Of a DNA stretch of 27,642 nt, positions 1 to 8,650 are shown in pieces. A program made the translations under genes and the position numbers. The notes beneath the pieces are model-generated. The model saw only the letters and a program-made list of their open reading frames with translations. It made no database searches and was not told the origin of the DNA. This stretch comes from Candidatus Altiarchaeota archaeon (GTDB lineage Archaea; Altiarchaeota; Altiarchaeia; IMC4; QMZM01). The stretch lies in NCBI GenBank assembly GCA_016931955.1, contig JAFGDV010000013.1, positions 1 through 27,642 of the forward strand, written 5' to 3'. How positions within the stretch are numbered: the stretch's first letter is position 1; each line of letters starts with the position of its first letter.

Positions 1-32
1 GGAGGTAGAAGCAAGGGTAAAAATATTTTACG

Positions 33-74
33 TCGCAATTCCTCCGTGGACTAAAGTCCACGGTATCCTTGCGA
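33..74. repeat. Palindromic element resembling an IS200/IS605-type end (PATE/REP-like)
   Basis: Perfect inverted repeat ccgtggact(44-52)-aa-agtccacgg(55-63) with outer tcgcaa(33-38)/ttgcga(69-74). The caattcctcc...ctaaag...ggtatccttg context recalls IS200/IS605 subterminal hairpins. Confidence 0.55.
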
Positions 75-81
75 GTTTGTA

Positions 82-936
82 ATGAAAGGCTATGAGATCC
101 TGCTCAATGAACTGCGGAAGATAAAAAAGGGCTGGCAAGTCAGGGACCTGATGACGACTAACGTGAAAACCATAAAGCCTGATGCAACTGTCAGCAAAGC
201 CGTCAGAGACATGAAGAGATACGGCATCCACGGCCTCGTTGTTACAGATGGGGGGAAACCAAAGGGTATCATCACAACATACGACGCCCTGTTCGTTATC
301 GCCAGAGGGGAAAGCGGCGACAAGGTGCTTGTAAAAGACGTCATGTCTACTGGACCCATAAGCACACACCCAGAAGATGACATACTCAATGCACTGGAGA
401 GGATGCTCGACAACCAGCTTACCAAGCTGCCGGTTGTCTCGGATGACGGACTCGTGGGCATACTGAGTGCTACAGATTTAGTGGACGCATTGGATAAAGG
501 CATATTGGAGAGGAAACCAACTAAACTTGGGAAGTTGGAAGGCTACCGAAAGGTGAAGCTGACGATAAGGGATGTTATGCGCGAGCCAACCATCCTGGAG
601 CCTGAGATAACCGTATACGAGGCGGCGAAGAAGATGACAGAAAAAGGCATAGAGTCTGTGTTGGTCAGGAAGAAGGACTTACTAGGAATAGTAACCCAGA
701 TGGACATATTCAAGAAGGTCATCGCAGAAGGCCATGATACAAAAACCGTCAAAGTCTCAGATGTGATGAGTTCACCATGCCACATGATAGGACCTGATGA
801 AGGCATAGGAGACGCAAGCAAGCTCTTCAATGAACACAACATAGGAAGACTGCCTGTCGTAGAAGACAACAGGGTTATCGGCATAGTGTCTATAAGAGAC
901 ATCTCAAAGACAATAGCGATGAGGTACAGGCTATAA
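82..936 (+). CDS. CBS-domain protein (two CBS pairs)
   Basis: Repeated VRDLMT/VKDVMS/IRDVMR/VSDVMS starts and LPVV...GILS, LPVVEDNRVIGIVSIRDI motifs. Confidence 0.93.
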   Translation: MKGYEILLNELRKIKKGWQVRDLMTTNVKTIKPDATVSKAVRDMKRYGIHGLVVTDGGKPKGIITTYDALFVIARGESGDKVLVKDVMSTGPISTHPEDDILNALERMLDNQLTKLPVVSDDGLVGILSATDLVDALDKGILERKPTKLGKLEGYRKVKLTIRDVMREPTILEPEITVYEAAKKMTEKGIESVLVRKKDLLGIVTQMDIFKKVIAEGHDTKTVKVSDVMSSPCHMIGPDEGIGDASKLFNEHNIGRLPVVEDNRVIGIVSIRDISKTIAMRYRL

Positions 937-1770
937 ATGAAGAGAATAATAGGAGTAGTTATATTAATTCTCGTGGTCACTGGGGTGTATTACCTGAGTG
1001 GGGAAATAGCGGTCAAGTCATTCCCGCATCTACCCTCCTATGCTGACATCCTAACGCCAGAGAATCTGGCTGTGGCACTTACTGGGAGCTTCATCTTCGG
1101 TTTGATCATCGGCTCAACCTCCTGCCCAGTCTGCTCACTGCCATTGATAGGCTACGTGATGGGCGCCGAACCCACAGCCAAGAAGGCCTTCTGGGCATCC
1201 ATCACATACCACCTAGGTCGCTTAATAACATTCTTCCTCCTTGGAATCATCGTACTGGTTTTAGGGTACTCCCTAAGCGAAGGATTTGAAGGTGTCGGTG
1301 GCGGACTAATCACAACCCTTGCGAACATCTTTGTTGGAATCCTGATGATCCTATTCTCCATGGAGTTGTTCGGTTTGATAGACTTAAGCAAGCATTTCTC
1401 CATAAGGATGATGCAGAGGCTGAAAATCCCATTAATTTCAGTAGATCACCCCCTGCACTTGCTTGTTTGGGGAATGTTCGTTGGACTAGGATGCAGTATC
1501 ACACAAATAGCCCCCCTACTTGCCATCTTCCTAGGTACTTCAGAGCACGGTCTTGTTTACGCAGTTATTGCTGTATTGTTATTCAGCGTCGGAACGATGA
1601 TTACTCCGACAATCCTATTGGTCCTGGCCGGCAGCTCAGTCGAGATAACAGAGAAATACTTTGAAAGCGGCCTGAGGAAGTACGCCGGCTGGCTTGGAGG
1701 ACTCATATTATTGTATATTGGACTTCAGTACCTGATCCTTGAGATAATAAGACTGACCGCCGCCGGTTGA
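937..1770 (+). CDS. CcdA/DsbD-like (DsbD_2/TauE-like) membrane protein
   Basis: Multiple TM helices, TM1 SCPVC, YHLGRLITF motif, second Cys in GLGCS; start abuts the CBS stop. Confidence 0.75.
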   Translation: MKRIIGVVILILVVTGVYYLSGEIAVKSFPHLPSYADILTPENLAVALTGSFIFGLIIGSTSCPVCSLPLIGYVMGAEPTAKKAFWASITYHLGRLITFFLLGIIVLVLGYSLSEGFEGVGGGLITTLANIFVGILMILFSMELFGLIDLSKHFSIRMMQRLKIPLISVDHPLHLLVWGMFVGLGCSITQIAPLLAIFLGTSEHGLVYAVIAVLLFSVGTMITPTILLVLAGSSVEITEKYFESGLRKYAGWLGGLILLYIGLQYLILEIIRLTAAG

Positions 1771-1780
1771 AGGGAAAAAA

Positions 1781-2071
1781 CTAGGGCCTTCTGTCCTTGT
1801 ACCAGAGCTTTTCCCCGCCAGAGCTCTCCAGCTGTCTGATATTCCACAACCTCTGCAGTTCGGACTTCAGCTTCTCCCGGGAGGCTTCATCACCAGCCGC
1901 TATGAACTCCGAAGCCGGGCTGGATCCCTCACAGATGATGTTTAGGAGTTCTTCGTCTTGAGGATACCGCCCGCAGAATTTTTCACAGATATCCTTCACC
2001 TTCTCTACGTCGTTGCTTTCGACCACCACTATGAGGTCGCTAATTACGTGGTGCCCTGCTAAGACCATCAT
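1781..2071 (-). CDS. Small hypothetical protein coupled to gcvH
   Basis: 96-aa ORF overlapping the gcvH stop; normal composition; family not recognised. Confidence 0.6.
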   Translation of the reverse strand: MMVLAGHHVISDLIVVVESNDVEKVKDICEKFCGRYPQDEELLNIICEGSSPASEFIAAGDEASREKLKSELQRLWNIRQLESSGGEKLWYKDRRP

Positions 2072-2481
2072 CTATGCTCTCCTATTTGAGTCTTAAGCCA
2101 TGCAACTGCTGCATCGCCTTGATCCAGGTTCTTCAGTTCAGAGGAGTCCTTCATCCCTATCTTGTAAATCCAACCCTCACCATAGCAGTCCTTGTTTATC
2201 AGCGTAGGATCATCATAGAGCTTCTCGTTTGTTGCCAGCACCTTCCCCGAGACGGGCGCATACAACTTACCAACCCACTTCCCAGTCTCCACCGTGCCTA
2301 CTTCGTCGCCCTGCTTGACTTCATCCCCCTCAAAGGGCATCTCCACATAGCTTATGTCCCCAGCCAGCTTTTGTGCGAAATCAACAAGACCGACTATTAC
2401 ATTGCTGCCATCCACTCTCGCCCACATGAATCCCTTGTCATAGTAGAGGTCTTCTGGCATCCCATATCCTTCCACGTTCAT
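2068..2481 (-). CDS. gcvH: Glycine cleavage H-family lipoyl carrier protein
   Basis: DFAQKLAGDISYVE, VETGKWVG (lipoyl Lys), APVSGKV, INKDCYGEGWI. Confidence 0.93.
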   Translation of the reverse strand: MNVEGYGMPEDLYYDKGFMWARVDGSNVIVGLVDFAQKLAGDISYVEMPFEGDEVKQGDEVGTVETGKWVGKLYAPVSGKVLATNEKLYDDPTLINKDCYGEGWIYKIGMKDSSELKNLDQGDAAVAWLKTQIGEHR

Positions 2482-2532
2482 TTTTGATCACACTCGCAGA
2501 AATAATTATAATTATCAAACATCATATAAAAA

Positions 2533-3420
2533 TCATAACAGCCCTCTTAACCATATCTTATGTCTCCCAAGTTTTCCGCCATAGTTGCCCGCGGAAATCT
2601 TCAGGATTCCGGGAACATCTTTCACACAATCCATGGCAGCCTTCATCGCAGCCTTCACCGCATCTAGGGAAACCCCATTGATCACTATCTCTGGGATGGA
2701 TGCCACACCTTCAGGTACCAGACTGTCGGGGATCTTCCCCCCGAGGGTGGGACAGAATAGATGGTTTGTTGTAGGCCCGATCTCTGGATAGTTTGTTTCC
2801 ACCTTCGAGCCGGCAGAGCAGATGTCGAAGGACGTTATAGTGCCTTCAATCTTTGAGACGGCTTTAACTGCCAGATCCCCAGCCTCCAATGCAGATTCTT
2901 CTGAGTCACAGAAAAACCAGACGTTGCCTCCCATCACACCCATCCCATAGTTGAGTTTTCTCTCTATTAGGAACTCGCCCATCATCAATGGGATGTTTAT
3001 CATCTCTCTACCAAAGCTCTCCTCAACGAACTCATAGCCGTCACCGCAGTGCCCTACCTTGTTCATGATGTCTATCCCATCACCCGAATCAAGGAGATTA
3101 AACACCCGCGTAGTGGGAACAACAAGAATCCCCTGCCTGATCCTCTTACCGAGCTCATATTCGAGTTTTTTCTCAGACCCCTTACCATAGTTGACCCAGA
3201 CCTGGATTACTGCGCCCCTCCTACCGTCAGGCGTTTTTTCTCCTGGGAGATAGCCTTCAACGCCGCCCTCCGATTCATTGAATACCGTACAAGGCAATGC
3301 CGTCGCTCCAAAGGCTGCCCTATCAAGCCTCTTCCTGTCTCTAGCAGTGACCAACAACCTAGAGAATAAACCATCAAATGCCTCACAGTAGGTGTCTTCA
3401 ACCTCTATAGGAAACCCCAT
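2533..3420 (-). CDS. ftr: Formylmethanofuran:tetrahydromethanopterin formyltransferase (divergent type)
   Basis: [51 protein letters not shown]. Confidence 0.93.
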   Translation of the reverse strand: MGFPIEVEDTYCEAFDGLFSRLLVTARDRKRLDRAAFGATALPCTVFNESEGGVEGYLPGEKTPDGRRGAVIQVWVNYGKGSEKKLEYELGKRIRQGILVVPTTRVFNLLDSGDGIDIMNKVGHCGDGYEFVEESFGREMINIPLMMGEFLIERKLNYGMGVMGGNVWFFCDSEESALEAGDLAVKAVSKIEGTITSFDICSAGSKVETNYPEIGPTTNHLFCPTLGGKIPDSLVPEGVASIPEIVINGVSLDAVKAAMKAAMDCVKDVPGILKISAGNYGGKLGRHKIWLRGLL

Positions 3421-3450
3421 ATTTAACTATTGGATTATTTAGTATATTAC
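3421..3450. promoter_or_regulatory. Overlapping bidirectional promoter for ftr and purE
   Basis: Only 30 AT-rich bp between divergent ATGs; TATA-like tttaa (3422) and tatat (3443) lie about 25-29 nt from the opposite start. Confidence 0.5.
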
Positions 3451-3837
3451 ATGGACGTGTTAGTTATCGCGGGAAGCAAATCCGATGAGAAGATCGTTCG
3501 AGACTTGGAAAAGATCCTGGGTGAGCAGAAGGTAGACTACAGAACAGAGTACTGCTCCTTTCACAGGGAGCCAAACAAGCTCAGAGAGATCGTGGAAAAC
3601 TCCGATGCTAAGGTCTTCATCTGCATTGCCGGGTTGTCGGCTGCCTTACCCGGAGCCGTCGCAGCCTACACAGATAAACCAGTCATCGGCGTACCAGTCA
3701 ATTCGAAATTGGGCGGCTTGGATGCATTGTTAAGTATCGCGCAGATGCCAAACGGTGTGCCAGTCGCCTGCGTGGGAATCGACAACGGAGCTAATGCAGC
3801 CCACCTCGCCATAAGGATCCTAGGAATCTGCGAGTGA
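3451..3837 (+). CDS. purE: N5-CAIR mutase / AIR carboxylase
   Basis: [47 protein letters not shown]; ATG 3451 preferred over TTG 3430. Confidence 0.95.
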   Translation: MDVLVIAGSKSDEKIVRDLEKILGEQKVDYRTEYCSFHREPNKLREIVENSDAKVFICIAGLSAALPGAVAAYTDKPVIGVPVNSKLGGLDALLSIAQMPNGVPVACVGIDNGANAAHLAIRILGICE

Positions 3838-4739
3838 CAACCCCCATAATGAGCAACCTTACTGTAGTATTTTTGGTTGTCTTAGGTTACATACTTAAGA
3901 GAGGGGGCGTTGTCAGAAAGGAATTCGCAGACTCCATGATCAAGCTGGTGTTCTACGTCTTTCTCCCAGCGACCTTGTTCTATTCCCTAACCCAGTTGGA
4001 GTTGGAATCCAAGCTATTAATTCTGCCTTTGTCTGGCTTCTTCGTCGCCTTGTGCTGCTACATCTTCGCCTACCTAATAAGGAAACCCTTTCATATGGAC
4101 AGGAAGACTGAGGGTTCCTTTATAATAACCTCAGGCGCCATGAACCAGGCCCTGTTCATCTACCCCTTCTTCCTGGTCTACAAAGGCGCTGAGGGTTTGG
4201 GTTATGCGGCATTCTACGACTTCGGTCAGGCGCTTCTCAGCTTAACTCTTGGATATTACATAGCGACCAGATATGGCAGAGGTGTTTCAGGGGTAAAGAA
4301 GACACTAGAAAACATGCTGCGTTTCCCGCCCCTCCTCGCCCTCGTCTTCGCACTGACAGTGAATTATCTCGGACTGTATCCAGTAATCAAACCAGCTGAA
4401 GCATTCATCATAATGTTGCACAACTGCACCACGCCCTTGATCATGCTGTCGCTTGGAATATTCTTGGAACCACGGATATCGAAGCCTGCGCCGATGTTAG
4501 GCGTAATATTCAATAGGTTCATATTCTCACTGTGTGCTGCAGCCTTCTTTGTTTTCCTCTTCCAGCTTAGCGGCCTCGAAAAAACAACCGTCTTGATAGC
4601 ATCAGCCGCCCCACCCGCAATGCTGACACTAGTCTACTCAGTCGAAGAAAAACTGGACACAGAATTCACCGCCAACCTAATATCAACCACAATACTAATA
4701 GGACTACTATACATACCGCTACTGTTCACAATACTGTGA
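3834..4739 (+). CDS. AEC (auxin efflux carrier) family transporter
   Basis: About 10 TM helices, [34 protein letters not shown]. Confidence 0.88.
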   Translation: MTTPIMSNLTVVFLVVLGYILKRGGVVRKEFADSMIKLVFYVFLPATLFYSLTQLELESKLLILPLSGFFVALCCYIFAYLIRKPFHMDRKTEGSFIITSGAMNQALFIYPFFLVYKGAEGLGYAAFYDFGQALLSLTLGYYIATRYGRGVSGVKKTLENMLRFPPLLALVFALTVNYLGLYPVIKPAEAFIIMLHNCTTPLIMLSLGIFLEPRISKPAPMLGVIFNRFIFSLCAAAFFVFLFQLSGLEKTTVLIASAAPPAMLTLVYSVEEKLDTEFTANLISTTILIGLLYIPLLFTIL

Positions 4740-4754
4740 GCAGCCTACGGCATA
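4707..4754 (+). repeat. Direct repeat copy 1 (3' end of AEC gene)
   Basis: 24-bp identical core ctactgttcacaatactgtgagca at 4719-4742 and 6350-6373, with similarity extending on both sides. Confidence 0.9.
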
Positions 4755-4839
4755 TGTTCTTAAGATTAAGATCACTTATCCGCGGAAAAGACGCAGAACA
4801 CAGACGGAACTACCTGAGGCCTTATGTGGAAATACGAAA

Positions 4840-5640
4840 TCATCTCTCAGCTGCGTAGTTTTCCAGGAATTTTTTCGCGTACTGCGGGGCTTTTTCTATC
4901 ATTTCAGTGTCTTGTTCTTTGAACAGGAAGGGCTGCACCTGTTTAGCCAGCCTGTGCAGTTCCTTGGACTCCAGTTTTTCGAGGCGTTCCATGACCAGTT
5001 TTTCTGGTGGTTCAGTGTAGCTGTTTTCTTCCAGTATCTTTGAGTCGAATGGGAACTTCTTTTTCAGCATGTACAGTAGGTCATAGACGTCCCGGCCGCG
5101 GTTCCTGCTTAGGAGCGCGAGCAGTTTCTCGGTTATAAGAGACGATTCCGCCATAACTACTGCAGTATAGTTCAGCCCATAGTAGCTTAATACCTGCGTC
5201 TGCGTCTTCTGAGGCCACTGGGGCTGATTCACCTCCAGTTTCACCATGAGGTTCATTCCCCGCTCATCGGTTATCCCGTACCGCTTCATTACGCCGGGGA
5301 AGTTTATGTGGGCGCTGTAAAGCTTACCTCTTTTTTCATATTTTATTTCAGCCCTGAATCCTTCAAGGCTTGTTTCTTTTGCTGCGGCTTCGGCAATCTT
5401 CTGAAAACTTTCATAGGATAGATTAGTTGAGTTAAAGTCGAGGTCTTCGGAGAATCTGGGCAGACGGTAGCAGAGACGGAGGGCTGTTCCACCCATAAAG
5501 TAAAGTTTCTGCCCTAACCGTATCCGGTAGATGCCTGCAAGCAGGATATTCTGGAGATATTCTCTGATTACTGCCCTCTTCTTGTTTATTGGCAGGCCGA
5601 TGTCCTTTGCTTCTTCAAGCAGGTATTCAAGAGACAACAT
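4840..5640 (-). CDS. abiEii: AbiEii-family nucleotidyltransferase toxin (type IV TA)
   Basis: FMGGTALRLCYRLPRFSEDLDF, EKLLALLSRNRGRDVYDL. Confidence 0.93.
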   Translation of the reverse strand: MLSLEYLLEEAKDIGLPINKKRAVIREYLQNILLAGIYRIRLGQKLYFMGGTALRLCYRLPRFSEDLDFNSTNLSYESFQKIAEAAAKETSLEGFRAEIKYEKRGKLYSAHINFPGVMKRYGITDERGMNLMVKLEVNQPQWPQKTQTQVLSYYGLNYTAVVMAESSLITEKLLALLSRNRGRDVYDLLYMLKKKFPFDSKILEENSYTEPPEKLVMERLEKLESKELHRLAKQVQPFLFKEQDTEMIEKAPQYAKKFLENYAAER

Positions 5641-6244
5641 CTTCCAGCAGTTCTTTTATTGTTTCGCGGGTTCTTTTATTATATTTGGCAGCGTATTTAA
5701 TCGTTTTTTCAGCTTTTAGTCTTGTCAGATTCAGACGCTCATGCGTGAAATCTTTTTCGCCGTCAAGAAGCCGGAAGTAGATGAAGTCCACAAAGGCCTT
5801 CTCTCTGTCGGCGATAAGCGTTTTATAACCTTCAATTTTTGTCATCTGATAGCCGGTGAATGCCTCTTTTTTGCAGTTTCGGTAGATGAATGTGCCGTGC
5901 TTGTTTCTGAAGATTCTCGTCGGCCGGGTGGATACGGAAGTTGCTGACGCCGCTTCTTCGGGGATGATTCCATAGAATGAGAGAGCGGCTTCCAGAGACA
6001 CATAAGAAGGCGCATAAAGCCTGTTTGCCAGATAGTAATCCGGGACACGGGTTGGCGTCCCCGGCTCGACGACCTCATAGAGACCTCTTCTCAGCCGCTC
6101 TAAGTAGCCCTTACGCAGCCAGTTGGTGAGGTTATTTTTGATTGTTTTACGTGCTGTTGTCGGGAACAACGCTTCAATGTCCCGTAGGGTGAAAAGAACC
6201 ATCTTTTTCTCCTTCAGGGTTTTTGAAAGGGTAAAATAGTCCAT
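5627..6244 (-). CDS. abiEi: AbiEi-family antitoxin / transcriptional regulator (type IV TA)
   Basis: N-terminal wHTH with LERLRRGLY, PSYVSLEAALSFYGIIPE, IADREKAFVD; overlaps the toxin start. Confidence 0.92.
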   Translation of the reverse strand: MDYFTLSKTLKEKKMVLFTLRDIEALFPTTARKTIKNNLTNWLRKGYLERLRRGLYEVVEPGTPTRVPDYYLANRLYAPSYVSLEAALSFYGIIPEEAASATSVSTRPTRIFRNKHGTFIYRNCKKEAFTGYQMTKIEGYKTLIADREKAFVDFIYFRLLDGEKDFTHERLNLTRLKAEKTIKYAAKYNKRTRETIKELLEDVVS

Positions 6245-6256
6245 CTTATTTCAATT

Positions 6257-6276
6257 AGTCCTATATATGTAGGACT
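6257..6276. promoter_or_regulatory. Inverted repeat, probable AbiEi autoregulatory operator
   Basis: agtccta-tatatg-taggact, 13-32 bp upstream of the abiEi ATG, enclosing a TATA-like stretch. Confidence 0.6.
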
Positions 6277-6337
6277 TACAGAAATAAAAATACCTGCAGG
6301 CCGAAACAGCTTCAGATGAGCCTCCACCCAACCAACC

Positions 6338-6386
6338 CTATATATCCCACTACTGTTCACAATACTGTGAGCACACCTACAGCATA
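6338..6386 (+). repeat. Direct repeat copy 2 (displaced AEC 3' fragment)
   Basis: Translates to [10 protein letters not shown]-stop, identical to the AEC C-terminus, with three synonymous changes. Confidence 0.9.
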
Positions 6387-6425
6387 CACTCGACAGCTTA
6401 AATAGAACGAATCGAGTATAATACC

Positions 6426-6844
6426 ATGAAAAAATTATAAGAGAAAATTTAATAAAAAATATTGTTTTGGCAGTACTTCTCGTAGTCGTTTATTTTCTGG
6501 TCAAGGATTATTTAGCCGGCAGTAATATTGCAACCGATAAAGCATCGGCGGGAAATATTCTTGTAGCCGCCTCTATCATAGCAGTCACCGCCTGTTTTGG
6601 TAATTTCGCCTTCACCTACGAAAAAATAGATTCTGAAAGCGCATATCAGAGAATTTTAGCTCATTTCACAACAGGTCTTCTGATGTTGGTCATCGGAACC
6701 TCACTAATTTTCACCAGCATACTCATATCATCCATAATGGGGCACTTTATTTTAGTCGACATCATACTCTTAGCATTGTACACAGCATGTGTAGCCTATG
6801 ACTTCTGGGATATCCTGAGATTAACGAATAATAAGGTCTCTTAA
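6426..6844 (+). CDS. AT-rich 4-TM hypothetical membrane protein, probably frameshifted just after its ATG
   Basis: Frame open back to about 6422; ATG 6426 is out of frame by one base in an A6 tract; adding one A gives MKKIIRENLIKNIVLAVLL. Confidence 0.65.
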
Positions 6845-7022
6845 AACCAAGAGCGTGGAAGATCTCTCCCTGCTGATTCTGATTATTTACGCTACGAGCT
6901 CGATTCTCTGGACAATCTACGGGTTACTGATAGGAAGCCTGCCTGTGGCTTTGACAGACGGATTCGCATTCTTCGTCAGCTTAACCCAACTCTACCTGAA
7001 GATCAGATACACCAAGAGATAA
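6828..7022 (+). pseudogene. 5'-truncated SemiSWEET (PQ-loop) transporter
   Basis: Reads IIRSLKTKSVEDLSLLILIIYATSSILWTIYGLLIGSLPVALTDG...LYLKIRYTKR*. TM1 and the PQ motif are missing; in-frame stop at 6822. Confidence 0.85.
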
Positions 7023-7057
7023 GGCGGCTTTATCTTATACCAATTCGATAATCTATC

Positions 7058-7254
7058 ATGTTCGAAGATGTTTTTGGTTATCATGGTCAGCTTCATCCCA
7101 CAGGAGGTTAAGTCCTATAAGACAAAGAGTGCAGGCGACCTCTCACGTTGGATGCTTATATTATCAATGGAATGCCAGTCATCGCCATGAACACCATATT
7201 CGACCTAATAGTCTATACCTGCTCTACCTAAGAATCAGACACGAGAAAAGATGA
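7058..7254 (+). pseudogene. Degraded second SemiSWEET (PQ-loop) transporter
   Basis: Fragments MFEDVFGY / MVSFIPQEVKSYKTKSAGDLSRWMLIL / GMPVIAMNTIF / LLYLRIRHEKR* in shifting frames; final TGA overlaps the next ATG. Confidence 0.82.
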
Positions 7255-7550
7255 TAATTGCGGAAATCAGTGTCGTCCCATTAGGGACGAAAACACCCAG
7301 CGTCGGCAGTTATGTGAGGAAGGCAGTAGACAAGCTCAGAAAAATGGGGCTGAAGCCCGAACTCACTGCCATGGGCACTGTATTTGAGGCAGAAGATATC
7401 GAAGTGATACTGAAGGCGTATAAGGCAGTCCATGAGTCAGTCTTCAAGGAAGGAGCATGCCGGGTGATAACAACACTGCGGATAGATGAGAGGAGAGATA
7501 AGGAAGGCAGCATAAGACAGAAGATAAAATCTATAAGCCCTGACAGGTGA
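7251..7550 (+). CDS. MTH1187/UPF0045 thiamine-binding family protein
   Basis: AEISVVPLGT-PSVGSYV, LTAMGTVFE, RVITTLRIDERRDK. Confidence 0.93.
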   Translation: MIIAEISVVPLGTKTPSVGSYVRKAVDKLRKMGLKPELTAMGTVFEAEDIEVILKAYKAVHESVFKEGACRVITTLRIDERRDKEGSIRQKIKSISPDR

Positions 7551-8614
7551 AAACCATGAGAGGGATAAGGATCCTGGGCGGCGGCCTTTCAGGTCTGACT
7601 GCGGCGATAAACCTGGCGAAGGAAGGCTATGACGTGACAGTCTATGAAAAAAACGGCGACGTTGGGATGAGATTCCACGGCGACCTCCAGGGTTTAGAGA
7701 ACTGGTCGGAAAAAAAAGACATCATAGAGGAACTAAGATGGATGAACGTTGAAGTCAACTTCGACTGCGACTCATTCACTCACATAAAACTGACGAACTG
7801 CGCTAAAACCCGGGACATCCACAGGGAAAAGCCCCTGTATTACTTGGTGAAGAGGGGTTCCTTTCCGGGGACTCTTGACTACGGCCTGAAAGAGCAAGCA
7901 CGAAAGTCCGGCGCCAGAATACTCTTCAAGGAAACGCTCCCACCAGAGGACGCAGACATCGTAGCCACAGGCCCTGTACCCAGTAAAGCACCGGCTGTTG
8001 TTAAAGGGATCACCTTCAAGACAAGAAAAGGGGATACTGCAGTCTTAGCACTAAACGCTGACCTCGCCCACATGGGATACTCTTACCTATTCACCACGAA
8101 AGGATACGGCTGCATGTGCGCAGTAGTTTTCACTGAAACAAATAAGGTCAGCGACTGCTTCGAAAAAACCAGAGAGTTTTTCGTGAAAGAATTCAACCTA
8201 GAAATTCAATCCCCTAAAGAAGTTGGGGGAATAGGCAACTTCTCCCTGAAAAAAGTCTACAGGAGGGGAACCACATTATATGTTGGAGAGGCGGCAGGAT
8301 TGCAGGACTTCCTGTGGGGCTTCGGCATGAGATACGCTATTGAGTCAGGTTATCTCGCAGCTAAGAGCATCATCGAAGACAAAGACTATGAGAAAATGGC
8401 TGGAAAACGCTTCGGCAAAAAATCAAAAGCAAGCTTTGTAAACAGGTATCTATGGGAGAGGACAGCTGAAAAGGATTACTCCTATCTAATCAACAACGCA
8501 GAATTCGTAGCAAAAAATCTCCATTCATTCCACCACTATAATCTCTTACAGAGGGGGATCTACACTCTGGCTTTATTCAATCTAAAGAAAAAATATCCCC
8601 AAATAATGGAGTAG
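7547..8614 (+). CDS. FAD-dependent oxidoreductase, geranylgeranyl reductase-like
   Basis: GGGLSGLTAA Rossmann motif, YVGEAAGLQDFLWGFGMRYAIESG. Confidence 0.82.
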   Translation: MKTMRGIRILGGGLSGLTAAINLAKEGYDVTVYEKNGDVGMRFHGDLQGLENWSEKKDIIEELRWMNVEVNFDCDSFTHIKLTNCAKTRDIHREKPLYYLVKRGSFPGTLDYGLKEQARKSGARILFKETLPPEDADIVATGPVPSKAPAVVKGITFKTRKGDTAVLALNADLAHMGYSYLFTTKGYGCMCAVVFTETNKVSDCFEKTREFFVKEFNLEIQSPKEVGGIGNFSLKKVYRRGTTLYVGEAAGLQDFLWGFGMRYAIESGYLAAKSIIEDKDYEKMAGKRFGKKSKASFVNRYLWERTAEKDYSYLINNAEFVAKNLHSFHHYNLLQRGIYTLALFNLKKKYPQIME

Positions 8615-8650
8615 ACAACTTTTTACCGTATCTTCTTCATACATATAAGC

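Noticed and set aside
4780-4821. Purine-rich cgcggaa/cgcagaa/cacagac mini-repeat and tacctg(c)aggcc echoed at 6291
   Set aside because: Too short and degenerate to distinguish from chance without a search.
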